Shown: in pieces, positions 13,538 through 26,151 of the stretch
Position numbering within the stretch: position 1 is the stretch's first letter
How the letters are laid out: each line of letters starts with the position of its first letter
Assembly: GCA_026023565.1 (NCBI GenBank)
Contig: JAPETS010000041.1
Location: 62,001 to 126,000 of the forward strand
DNA: 64,000 nucleotides
From: Cirrosporium novae-zelandiae
Taxonomy: Eukaryota
Reading direction: 5' to 3'
Program-made: the position numbers and the translations under genes
Notes under the pieces: generated by a model
Told to the model about the DNA's origin: nothing
Databases searched by the model: none
Seen by the model: only the letters and a program-made list of their open reading frames with translations

Positions 13538-15330
13538 TCAATGACTCGACATATGATGCTCCATTTCATTCTCTCTGCTACCAAGAGAACCCTCACTCTT
13601 GACGACATCTTCGACATCTGTTGTCATACTTGACCGTAGCGTGGAAATCTCGACGGTGCTGTTGCTCATCTCGCTATTTTTCTGCTCGGGCACAATAATA
13701 TGGATGCGCTTGTCGTTTTTGGTGTCTTCTTCACCCTCGGAACTAGCTTCAGAGTTGTCCAAGTGGATCGATTTCATCTCTTCGGATTTCGAATTTGCCT
13801 CTAGGAAATGGATGAATCTTAATTTGGAATCATTTGATATCTTTGCTTTCTTTGGCTTCTTCAACCGTACAGCAAATGTTTCCGCTTCATCTATAACCGC
13901 CGGCTTCATGGAAACGTCACCAATGCTAAGAACGGATTCGTTCGGTGAGATAGACCGAGACTGAGGTCTAATTATGTCTATACTCGAATAAGTGGGCAAT
14001 GGTTGCAAGCTATCCTCCGAGTAACCATAACCTTCGTAGTCACACGTGCTATCCATTACCGCGTGATATCGCTGTTGTCGATCAGCACGGCGACTCTTCC
14101 AGCTGTCATATGACCCCATCCTTGGGTGATAGCTTTCGCCTATTGATTCGGAATCAGCGTCATACTCGGAAGAAATCGTACGTCCTTTAGATGATAGAAA
14201 TTTACTGAGCTCCTCCTCAAGATTGGGGTGCCTTGATAGAAGAGGTCGTCTCGTGATGCTGGGAATTTTATCCTCCACATCTTCCTGTAGAATCCCTTGC
14301 ACTATCTCGGGGATCATTGTGACCTGCTTGGCATTTTGGTCTTCAGGAGATGAATCCACTAAAAGGTGTTCCTGTGCATCCGATAAAACGGCCGCAGCGT
14401 TTATATCCGTCGGACTCGCTGTAGTTACTGTTATGCTAAGTCTATTGGTAGCATCTGACTCCTTTGTTAAATCCAGAAAAGGATCGTCCAGAGGAAGGTT
14501 TGTCCCCGGCATTGGGGTGGGCAAACTATTATACACTAGTTGAACATATTCCTTCTCCTTCCGCTTCCTTGGACTTTGCAAAATATTTATCTTCCCCCAG
14601 TTAGGTCCTTCGGGAGAGGGGCGAGCCGTAGCAACGAGGGGTATATCTCCAAGGGGTTCTTGATTTATCGCTGGAAGGATAAATTTGTCAGGAGGAAGAT
14701 GAGGAATATCTACTGGAGATGATTTCTGGATCCCTTGATTCTCTTTATGTGTAGCCAGTTCTGGCTCCTCGGGATGATAAGCTTTCATAGTCTGATATCC
14801 GCTCCGTATGGAAGCTGAGAAACGGGATTTTGGAGACCTTTCAGATGATAGCGAGGTTTGGCTGCGCATGGAGCTATCATGTAACCAGGAAGCCTTCCTT
14901 CGTAATGTTCCTGCGGCTGTCAATAACCCTGATCGGGCTCTGCGCAGAGGTTGTCGGAAAGGAGAAGGTCCTGTATCCACTAATTGCGCAATCGTTGTAT
15001 GTCCACCTCTTAGGCTGCTCCTTCCAATAGGTGTTAAAGCGGATGATGGTGGGGCAGAAGGACTGTTTTTGGCTTTGGCACATGGGCTTCTACAGACATG
15101 TGAGTCAAGCCAGGTTTCAGAGACTCAGCAAAGGAGTAAGATGTGTCTCAGAACCTAGATAGACAGATGAAAGACACTCACATATTCCCAAAGAGGGATG
15201 CAATGCTTCCGCGGCCTTCAGTACCAGTAGTCCATGTCCTTTGAAGATCCTGCTGCTCCTCATTATCTGACAGCGATTTTTCCCTACTACTACCTAACAT
15301 ACCTCCCACAACACGATTCCATAAGGACAT
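13538..15330 (-). CDS. Hypothetical Ser-rich, largely disordered protein; intron 15090-15181
   Basis: Exon 1 (MSLWNRVVGG..., GTGAG donor) splices in frame into the 480-aa ORF; no domain recognised. Confidence 0.7.
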
Positions 15331-15920
15331 GCTTGATATAGGCGCAAATTCTCGAATGAAGAAGGGGTAAAGAGATGATGCAGTTACAAGAACTGAGTAA
15401 TAACAGATAAGAAACCTTGGAGAAGAAATCTCGAAAGAAGAAGCTTCTCCATAGAAAAATTCAAAAGACGAAGATAACGAAACTGGAAAGAGTAAAAGAG
15501 TAAAGGGAAAGAGCATTAAATCATTCAAGGACTCATGAGGAATCTAGTATTGCTAAAGACAAGGAAGCTACAACTATGCTTGTGTTTATACGTAGAGAAA
15601 ATTAATGATTGTATTCTTAAGAGGAAACTTCAAAGAATATGTGTATGTATGTACTGTATTATTATAAAGTATCGCCTATGAAAACTAGCCTTCCTCCTTC
15701 GGTCTAAGGGGCCTTTGATTGGTTGGCGCCATTTACGCGTTTGCCCATTTTGCACCTTCATCTTTCCATCATTTATCCATCACACTACCGAGTTCATCTC
15801 TCAATTATTCACCGAAGTTCACATTATTTGTTTATTCTTTGATGATCTATACTTAGTTCCATCGGCTTGCTATCTCCTCCCTCAAATCTACTTGTTCGCT
15901 GAATCCAAAAATCCGCGACT

Positions 15921-17255
15921 ATGGCACCCAAGACCAAGCAAGCGCCTTCGTTCGACGACATCATACAGACTGGCAAGTACTTCTCAACCTTTAGTTTGGG
16001 CTCTATTGATTCATTGCGCTTAGAACGACTACGAAGAAAGAATGAAGCTTTGGCAAGTGAAATCCTAGGAAAGCAGAGCAAAGCACGGCGAGCCAGCAAT
16101 CCACCACCTATTCGAAAGCCCCCATCGGGTCCAAGCTTTGCTAGTAGGGCTGGCATCTCAAAGGTACTACATTTTTATAAACTTGCGATCAATTTGGCAT
16201 CGGAACCAGGAAATTATACTCGGTGTCATTAATATTTGGCGCTTTCTAGGCTGTCCAGACTACTTAAGAGAACACTTGTTTTAGAATTTCTGAGGGGGCT
16301 CTCTTAATAAATGAGCTAATGACCCTAGATACTTGCGCATTGCATATTAATAGCTTAGTGCGACTCGATATTCTGGAAACAAACACTGATTGCCTTTTGT
16401 GAATGTAGAAACCTACCCCCAACGTTTTCAGATCGAGTCAAAATTCGCGGTTCCAGAACGGTTCATCTAAGTTGCGCGATCATAACTTATTTAGATCACG
16501 TTCAATGGGCCGTCTCTCAAAACGAGATCTCCTGGTGAATGCAGTTTCAGATTCCGAAAACCCTTTCAGCAATTACAATGTGCCGAGTGGGCCCCGCTCC
16601 AATCAGGTTGGCATGAATATCAAAGGCATTGCAGCTTCTTATGTCGTTGTTGCCCAAAATTTCGCCCCAGGGACCACTGCGGCGGACATCGAATCTGCAA
16701 TGGGATCATTGGGTGGCGAGATCATCAGCTGTAGAGTTATCACCTCCAACCCTACAGTAATCGCGGAGATCCAATTCGCAGATAAGTCTGGAGCCGAAAC
16801 TATCATTACTACTTTCAACAACCAACTTGTGAGATACCCTATCCACCTTAGTCTTTTTGTTACACATTCCAGTTATCTTTTGTGCAAGTTCAATAGCTAA
16901 TTTAATCGTTCAGGCTGATGGCCGAAAACTCCACCTATACTTAAAGCCCGGACCTCCAACACCTATCGCGCCTACTAGATCAGATGATCTTGGCGATACT
17001 ATGGATACGGACGTAGACAATGTTCAACCCCAGTCAGCGTATGATGGACAACGAGAGCAAGCCGATAGAGAGAGGAGACGTGCTGAACCAGATATTCAAG
17101 ATGGCCGATACGGCTTTGGGGACAGAACCGATAGGAGAGATAATTGGAGGGACAGCAGAAGAGATGATAGAAACTATACGCCAAGGGCAAGGGACTACGG
17201 GTCTCGTAGACTGTATAGTGACGATGTGATGACCCAAGATCAGAGGAGATATTGA
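15921..17255 (+). CDS. Fungal RRM-like protein with Arg/Asp-rich tail; introns 15973-16023 (GC-AG), 16164-16408, 16829-16913
   Basis: FDDIIQ..RRKNEALA N-terminus; VVAQNFAPGTTAADIES...AEIQF...FNNQLADGRKL RRM-like fold; frames join at canonical splice signals. Confidence 0.8.
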
Positions 17256-17436
17256 TGAATCGAGTCAAATTCAAGAATACTATGCCTAGAAGGCCTTTAG
17301 AAAAGGTCTATGACTTGGTCATGATTTTCAGTTCTAGTATCAAAATCTAGCTTAGCTTGTGGGGGTAGATTTTGTGCCAAACCCTTTGTTCTAGACGTTC
17401 TATACTATTGCTCTCGATGGTTGTACCGGGTTCTAA

Positions 17437-18978
17437 TTATACAAGCTTAAGCTGAAATCCAGCACCGGCCTCTTCACTTTCCCTTCCTGCAAATATACCA
17501 CTAAAATCAACTTCTTTGCCCTTCATTTTAGGTGCCTCTCCTCGCTTGGGCGCACTAGGACTAGCCACCCTTCTTCTTTTTTCTTGTCCTGCTTTGGAGG
17601 GGAACGTAGGGAACATGGCTGTAGATTTTGGCTTTGGGTCCTCCCTAAAGTACGGATGGGATAGTATGTCCTTTGCTGTTGGCCTACGGGAGGGGTTTAA
17701 AGCAAGAAGCGAGCCCAGAAGATATGTACCAGCGGAGGTGAGAAAGGGGAATTTTGCCCTGATGACTGCTCCAACATTCTGGCTATTTCGAGGGAGGCGG
17801 AGGGATTTGGCATTGGGAAGACGTCTAAATCCTGGCCATGATTCTTCTGTTGGTATGCCGCAGAGTTCGAATATCTAATAATCCCACTTGTCAGTCTTAT
17901 TGTTACTGTATAGGACGCTGTAAATCAATAGGAGCTTTAACAAACCTTGGATAGCTCATCCACCTCATTCTTACCCTGAAGCAGCGGCTGCTGTGTCAAG
18001 AGCTCCCCAAATATGCATCCAAGACTCCAGATGTCGATTTCAGGCCCATACTTGTCAGTGCCCAGTAACAGCTCAGGCGCTCTGTACCACAGCGTCACCA
18101 CCAGTTGCGTAAGTTTCGGGGGTGGATCTCCATAGTATCTAGCCATTCCAAAATCGGCAATCTTGATCTGACCACGATTGTTCATGAGGATATTAGAGGT
18201 TTTCAGGTCACGGTGCAGGATCCAGTTGTCATGGAGGTAGTCGATCGCGGAAACGAGCTGAAGAAGGAGGGTCTTGACCTCGGAGGGGAGGAAGGGTTCG
18301 GACATATCTTCTTGGAGGGTCTTGAGATCGTGTTCGAGGAAATCCATGACAAGGAAAACGCTGGTCTTGATGATCAGTACTGGACGTCCAGAGGAAACGG
18401 GGTGGGGCATGTAGATCTCACTCATCTAGCTTATCACCTCTAACAACCTCTCTCAGGTTTACGATATTGGGATGTCGGCACTGCATCAACGTCTGTATCT
18501 CTCGTAGACCCGTAACCGGAAAGCCATCGTTGGCAGGCTCCATCTTCAATTTCTTGAGAGCGACAATTTCCCCCGTTGCCGTCTCCCTTGCGCGAGAAAC
18601 CCATCCATACGAGCCTTCTTCGATATGATTCAGTCTCTCAAAAGTATCGACATGACGGCATACCTGCCACCCAGGCGCAGTGAATCTCAACAATCGGGCC
18701 TCCTTCCTTCTCTCAACCCTCTCATTCCTATGAGGCGAAAGTTTCCTCCTCTTCGCCGGCCTATCCTCAGTATCTCCATCCAAAGCAACAGCAGCTCCAC
18801 CACCCGCCGTCGCCTCAGCTCGAAGCGCAGCTTCCTTGCGAGCTCGTTCAGCCTCTTTAAGTTTCCGTTGTTTTTCAGCCTTTGCTTTCTTCTTCGCTTC
18901 CTTTTCACGCTTCCTCTGCGCTTCAAATGCCGCGTCGTCTGCGTCGTCTACCCATCGTGATTTAGGTTTGCTGGCCAT
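17437..18978 (-). CDS. CDK11: CDK11/PITSLRE-family protein kinase; introns 17875-17945 and 18361-18421
   Basis: IEEGSYG, ALKKLK, PVTGLRE cyclin-binding helix, [22 protein letters not shown]-terminal MFPTFPSK. Confidence 0.93.
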
Positions 18979-19228
18979 CGGGAGAGAGAAGGTTTGAAGT
19001 TGGAGTTTGACCCTCGGGGGATCCTTGGACGGTCGGGCGGTGGAAATAATTAGCGAACGAGCCAGCGCGACGGACGTCATTTAAGTAGGAACACCGCCGG
19101 CCTGACTACTTATGTAGCAAAACCACTTCAGAATTCAAGAACGCTTTATTTTCAATTGAGATTACTATTTTTTTTTCTTTTATGAGGGGTATAGATAAGA
19201 TGAGCTAGTGGTGAGCGCCCCCTTAGGA

Positions 19229-20907
19229 ATGAACTTCGCAGTAAAAAGAGCAGTGATAAACTGCGCCCGCAATTCCAAAGCTCCGAAGAAATTTTGGAGA
19301 GCTGGTTCTGGTGTAAGGTGGATATCAACGGAACGGCAATGGTCCACGCCGTTAGCTAAGACCATAGCAAATGCCATTGAGGTACATAAACCCATTTCTA
19401 ATACTAATAGCATCAAGCCCTTAAAAAGAAAATCTTCGCTCATCACTTTCTTTCTCAGGCTACAGGCCCAATCTCCATCGCTGCGTTCATGCGCCAATGT
19501 CTTACTTCACCGGATGGCGGATACTACACTTCCCAAACGGCCGGCCGAGATCAGTTCGGACAGAAGGGCGATTTCATAACGTCGCCTGAGATTTCTCAGG
19601 TGTTTGGCGAACTGCTGGGGATATGGTTCGTAGCTGAGTGGATGGCCCAGGGCCGGAGGAGTAGTGGGATAGAGCTTATAGAAGTTGGACCGGGGAGAGG
19701 GACCTTGATGGATGATATGCTACGTGTGGGTGTATAATATCCGTCTAACTGAAATTCTGGGTGAGATATGCTGATACATTCTAGACAGTGTGTAACTTCA
19801 AGACTCTGGCATCGAGTCTAGAGGCAGTTTATCTGGTCGAAGCTAGCCCCGCGTTGCGGGAGACACAGAAACAACTTTTATGTGGTGACAATCTTATCGA
19901 TCAAATCGATATTGGATTTAAGAGCAAGAGCAAATACTTCGACCTACCGGTTATATGGACCGAACATATTGGACTTGTGCCTCCAGGTAAGCTCATCTTC
20001 GAGAACGATGTTTCTTATTCTTTATGTCCCAACTTCTAACCCCTATTCAGGCCAAGACAAATCTCCATTTATATTTGCCCACGAATTCTTCGACGCCCTA
20101 CCAATAAACGCATTCCAATCGGTTGCGCCGACTCAAACGCAAGACTCCCCTTCCATCATCACCACACCCACAGGTCCCATAAAGCTCAACACCAACAATA
20201 ACAAAAACACAATCCTCCCAGCAGCGACACCCCAATGGCGCGAACTCCTCGTATTCCCAGCACCCCCACTTACGACCCCCTCATCCACAGAATTCCAGCT
20301 CTCCCTCGCCAAAGCCTCAAACCCGAACTCACTCCTCCTCCCGGAATTATCCCCCCGCTACCGCGCCCTAAAGTCCCACCCAGGCTCCACCATCGAAATA
20401 TGTCCCGAAGGCCTCTCGCACGCCGAGCAATTCGCCCAATGCATTGGCGGCTCTACCAAACCCGGCTGTTTCACCAAACCCAAACCCTCCGGCGCAGCCC
20501 TAATCCTCGACTACGGCCCCCTCACCACCATCCCGGTAAACTCCCTCCGGGGAATCCGCCACCACAAGCGAGTATCACCGCTCTCAGCACCAGGCCAGGT
20601 AGACCTAAGCGCCGATGTGGATTTCACAGCGCTGGCGGAGGCGGCACTGAATGCGAGTCCCGGGGTGGAGGTGCACGGGCCGGTGGAACAGGGTTTCTTT
20701 TTAGGATCCTTGGGCATTGAGGAACGCGCGCGGCAGTTGCTGGAGGGGGTGACGGATGAGGAGAAGAAAGTGAGGTTGGAAAGTGGGTGGAAGAGGTTAG
20801 TTGAGAGGGGTGGGGGGGGCATGGGAAGGATTTATAAGGCTATGGCGATTTTGCCGGAGGGAGGAGGGAGGAGGCGGCCAGTTGGGTTTGGGGGGGGTGT
20901 CGTGTGA
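19229..20907 (+). CDS. NDUFAF7: Mitochondrial protein arginine methyltransferase NDUFAF7/MidA (complex I assembly); 3 introns
   Basis: GGYY...GDFITSPEISQVFGEL, EVGPGRGTL, AHEFFDALP, LDYG, DLSADVDF, MGRIYK motifs. Confidence 0.93.
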
Positions 20908-21079
20908 GATAGTTTTTTTTTCTTCGTTTTCTTAAGCGTGTATGGTAAGATAAGATGTGTGTCGAATTATGAAATTAGTGAGCCCCCGTGTTGAACAGTT
21001 TATTTTTTTTCTGTGTAAAATCTATTTCCGGTTCTCTCCTTCTCTCTAATTGTACGAGCAAACATGCCAATTCCTACCC

Positions 21080-23031
21080 TCACCCATCCACGCCCCCATC
21101 CATATCAACAATCATACCCCCCCTCAAACCCTGCTCCCAAAACCGAATCTCACACTCCAACCCGCCCAAAAACGCCATCCTCGCCTCCTCTACCTCCCTC
21201 AACCCCAACCCCCCTTTGGCCCTCGCCTCCACATCCGCCCGGCCAACATCCACTGCCTGCACATAATCCTCTGCGACATAATTCTCAATCCACTTCCAGT
21301 ACCTACCCTTCACAGTAGCAGGATCCGCATGCATGCGCGCCGCGATTGCATAGTAGCCGAGGAGGCAGGGCAGGAGTGCCAGGCGTAGGTGGAATAGAGG
21401 ACGTGCGTGGGCGGTTTGGAGCAGGTGTGAGGCGTAGAGTTTTGTGGCGGTGTCGGGAGAGTGCGCTTCGATTTCGGATTGGGTGAGATTGAAAGTGGTG
21501 CAGTAGGTTAGGTGGAGCGTCATTTCGCGTTTTATGTGGAGGACTATTTCGGCCGCCTAGGGTTGGATGGGGATTTAGGGAGGGTTGGATGGTGGAGAGG
21601 GATGACAAGGTTACTTACGGCAGCTATTTCGTCTATGGTTTCGGATTTATAAGCGGCCATGGCGTGAACGCGGGCGAATTGGACGAGGTATAGGTAGTCT
21701 TGGACTAGGAAGTGCTTGAAGCTATTTTCGGGGAGTGTACCATCGGCTAGACGAGTTAGGAATTCATGGTGTGTGAATTCATGCCATTTGGCTTTGACCG
21801 AGGGATGTTCGAGGAGGTAGTCGATGAAGTGGTCTCTGTGTTGTGACCGTGCATTATCAGTCGCGTGTGTCCCTTAAAGAAGAAAGGGTGGTTTTGGGAT
21901 TGGAAGAAAAGGGAAAACTCACGGCGTATATGGCAGAATGTAGGTTGAGTGGAAATGGTTGATGGGTCCACTTCCTTTGCCTAGATCTTGGCTAGTTTTG
22001 ATTCCGGCCTCGACATATCGGCAGGCGTTTCGTACGGCGCTTTGGACGTCGTATCCGAGAACGAGGTTGGAGGCTATCGCAGCTGTACACATTCTTAGCT
22101 CCCTTCTTTTGGATATCTCTGCTAGGTAACTCATACATGCGAGGGAACAACCAGTTCCGTGGGTGTTCCTAGCTTTCAGGTATGGAGTCTCGATTAAGGT
22201 CACGTTGGTTCCATCAAAAAGGATATCGATGACGGCCTCTTTTTCCGCATCATCTGTCGAGATGTGGTGATCTTTAGTCAAAGGCAAATGTCCACCCTTG
22301 AGAAGGATGTACTTAGAACCCAGTGTATGGAGAGATCGGGCTAGACTAATAACATCCTCAAGGGTTCCTGGCTCGGTAGGGGTTTTCCCAGCATCACTTA
22401 GTAAGAGTTTTGCTTCAGGTATGTTTGGTGTGAGGATCGTAGTTAAGGGAATAAGATTCTCTCGGAGATTTCGAACCGCATCTGGAGGAAGAAGCTGAGA
22501 TCCGCTAGTGGAGACCATAACCTATAATAACGTATAAGAACATTTTAGGGGTAGTATGAAATAAATAAAGCATACAGGATCTACAATGCAAGTTTTGACG
22601 CCATGTCGTTTCAGTGCGTCAGCAACGACATTCACGATATCGGCCGAGGTGAGCATCCCTATCTACATCAGTACAAAGGGATATAGATACGATCACAGCG
22701 AAACTCCAATATTTACCGGTCTTGACGACATCAACGCCAACATCATCAAGGCAAGCATCGATTTGTTTGCGAACAAAATCCGGTGGGGTTGGGTGAATTC
22801 CAACCACTCCTGTGGTATTTTGAGCCGTCAAGGCTGTGGTGGCAGTCATGGCATAGCAGCCATGAGCAGCGATAACCTTTTGGTCTGCCTCCAGGCCACT
22901 ATCTTTGGATAGCTATTGCTTAGTCAACTGCTCTTTTTTGACTAGATGGACATATTATTCCAATTGGAGAAAACGTACGCGCCGCCTGAGCTGTCAGAAC
23001 CTGCAATCACCAAAATACGGCGAGAATCCAT
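21080..23031 (-). CDS. THI20: HMP/HMP-P kinase (ThiD) fused to a TenA thiaminase II domain; about 6 introns
   Basis: IAGSDSSGGAGLEAD, TALTAQNT, LLKGGH, NTHGTGCSLA, GPINHFH; TenA QDYLYL..FAR, PCLLGY (putative catalytic Cys), EIRFW. Confidence 0.92.
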
Positions 23032-23407
23032 GGCTGTGATGTTCTGTAAGCACTGAAAATAAATTGAAGATAATTTGATACGGTTTGATATCTCAAGAGC
23101 AAATAAGAATAAATTAGGTGACTTATCGAATAGATTGGATGCATGTTGATGTGGATAGCAAAAGGGTAACCGAAGGACGACGTCATTATCGGCGCATAGT
23201 CAATTGTTATTTTGGTGAAAATCCTTTCTATCATGCCATCGCCACGGAAATAAATGAAATGAAACATTTGCGCCGTACCTAGCTATAGCGGGATTTACTC
23301 CAAGCTTTGAAAGTAGCAAAGGTTTGTAAGGCCATGAATGTGCCGTTTCATTTTTGTGTGGTATCATAAGTATCGTATCATAAGTAAAATGACCCATCAG
23401 TTTGCAC

Positions 23408-25525
23408 CTAATCAGATTCAAGCTCAAACTCAGACACATCTGGATCTGCAACACCACCAGGTTAACAAATAAGCTTAGTTGATGTTAAATGATTACATCC
23501 AACTGTTGCTTACCTCTCATCAAGTGAAATTCGAATCTCCCATCCATTTTCGCTGCAAGCCTTTCTCCAATCATCGCCACCTCATCTTCTAACAGGTTGC
23601 TATCCAAATCAGCATTGTTGATTAGTATCTCCAAACCCTTGTTACCCGGCCCTAGCCTTTGGATGAAGTTCAAAAGACCATCAACAGAGAAAGAGGTCAT
23701 TGCATCGAATGTCAGACGACGGAGATGTTTGAGCTTCAATATATCTTCCCATATGTCGTCTGTTATTGCACATCCGCTTGTACAAAAGTCTTCAAGGAGA
23801 AGCAGGTTATTTGCCAGTGTGCTTATATGTTCGTTCTGGAACCAGGTAGAAACATGTAACAACTGAAGCCGCCGTAACTGGTGCAATTGACAGAGCGAAT
23901 CTACAAGCACCGTAAGATCATCTCTATCAACATCTTCTCCTTCACCGTTGAGCAAGACCCGTTTCAACGTCTGTTTCTGGCCTAACGCTTCATGGAATGC
24001 TCGATTTCCCTGCACCGAGTATCCGTTAATAGACAACTCGCTCAGGGGTATGTTATTGTTAAGAAGAAGAGGTATCAGAATGAATGGCGCACTATGGAAA
24101 TATCTCAAGCTAAGTCTTTCTAGTTGTCGGCATTCGCTCAGCCATGCGATAATCTCGACTAGAGTGTCATTATGTAAATGACCTTCGTCATTCATATTCA
24201 CGGTATCCTCTAGACTTAAACTTCGGAGATTTCTGCACTCTTTCAATAAGGGCAAGCTCCGGATACCGCTAGATTTAATATTTGTCAATGTCAGGTCCGT
24301 TAACGACCGAGACTGAGTGTTGAGCGCAAGGACAGACAGACTGCCCATATGACACCGACCCATAATCTCAAAGGATTTCAGGGAATGTGGCCTTAATCCA
24401 TTGAAGAACTGGGCGAGCAGGTCGTCAACATCGTCTCCGTACCTAAAGAAGTCAACTTTCTCGAAATCAAAAAAATGATATTCTATGTATCTCACGTAGA
24501 GACGAGTTCAATTCCGAGTCAAGCCATCTCGCAGAATGGTGTATTTATAGGTAGATGATGTCACTTACCAGATGTAAATTCTAAGAGTATTGAACAAAGG
24601 ACAATGGGCGTGCAACGCAAGCCCAGCGCCCTCTTTTAACGCTTCACCGCTCCAAAGTTTCAGTCTTTGAAGACGAGGCAACCTAGACACCCATCGCGGT
24701 AGAGCACTTGCCAAAACTGTAGATCACTATTTAGTAAAAAAAAGAATAAGTTATAAGATCGAAATACATACTATCACCAGATAGCGCTTCCAATCTTGGA
24801 GTTTTCTGGGTCACAACTATACAAGGTATTAGCTTGGATAATGATAATAGCAGGAGCCACTATTCACCTTCTCCAATAGCGTCCAGAGCAGCAGGTATAT
24901 TCAACCTTCTTGCAGGCTTGAATCTCCCACCGCGATCCCTTTTGAGGGTTTCGGTGTCAATATTGAATTTAGACAACTCCCCACCGAAAAACAATCTTCG
25001 CTTCGTTAGCTGCGTCGGTCACTTGTAGGATATTACCACAAAAGCTCACTTATCCACATCACCCCTAAAACATGAATCCTCAAAGAGGCTTGCAAGATCC
25101 CCCAAGTCAAACCCTCGTATATACTGGCAATATCGCAAAAAGGTCTGATCAAAAGCAGAGAGGACGATGGATCTCCAAAGCTGCGCCCATTTGCGCACAG
25201 TTTGGTTCTGCCACTTCCCTTCTCTTCGGGATAGCTCCGTCTCATCCCTGCCGGAGTAGGTGACCGGGGCTACATCATGCATGCTAAATTTCCCGTTAAT
25301 ACCTACCCCCAAAGGACTCCAAAATATCTGGAAGCAACAAAAAGCGCTCCTCTAGTAGGAAAGGTAGGTAGACAAAGCATTAGCTTACCGGTATAAGCTT
25401 TTCACCGCTGGAGTCACTAGTCGTTTACAAGACACAGCGCAGTTAAACAGGGTGTTAAAGTCGCCTTGGTGCCAGAGCTGTTCGCAGATGATGTCCAGAA
25501 TGTCATTAGGGAGAAACGGCACCAT
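23408..25525 (-). CDS. F-box-like / leucine-rich-repeat (RNI-like) protein, multi-exon; last intron 23446-23513
   Basis: N-terminal LPNDILDII...TLFNCAVSCK; WAQLWRSI..S.....YCQYIR.FDL; repeated LxxLxL units; spliced end RDPDVSEFELESD*. Confidence 0.8.
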
Positions 25526-25954
25526 TGTGCTGGAAGTTATTCTTATTTTGGGATTATCAAGGCTGTGTGGTATTGGGTTCGGAGAACCGAGACTAGTATA
25601 TTTATCAAACTGGATCTTTTGAAATATCACAGGGAGACCAGGTCGGGTTCACTTGTTAAATTGAGCTTTTTTTTGAAAAAGGTCATTGGGGGAGGAAGGG
25701 TTGCGAGGAAAAGCACAGAGGTAATTACCAGGAGAATACCCCAGGGCTATCCCCGCACTAATAGAATGACAATGCTGACCCCTTAGCTACCGTGTATACT
25801 GCGGTACACTATTAAGGGATTGTAACTAGAATCTCTGAATACTAACTAGAGAGTAAAAATCTATGTCAAGTAGATAAGGTACTTTGTCATCGGCAGGAAG
25901 TGAATTCCAAACAGGATAAAAGTAACCCGTTGTTTGATGACGTATTGCAGGACA

Positions 25955-26008
25955 CCGCGTCTTGGACGCGATTATACATGTAAGGACACAATCTGAACGT
26001 AGACGCGT
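25955..26008. promoter_or_regulatory. Cluster of MCB-like (ACGCG) elements upstream of RAD9
   Basis: CCGCGT 25955-25960, ACGCGA 25966-25971 and ACGCGT 26003-26008, 145-200 bp before the RAD9 ATG. Confidence 0.55.
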
Positions 26009-26151
26009 TTTCGAAGCCTAAGGCATCATAAGTTATATCTTCATACTACGTGTACTATACAATACATCAGCTAATACAGGATTCAAAATACTCAGAAATA
26101 AAAAAAAATTTACCATCTATTTTCCTCTACCACCGCCCAAAGCTCGCTCCA

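Noticed and set aside
22900..23400. TPP riboswitch in the thiamine-salvage gene THI20
   Set aside because: No CUGAGA or CUUGAU...AGCG aptamer core seen in the upstream region or first intron
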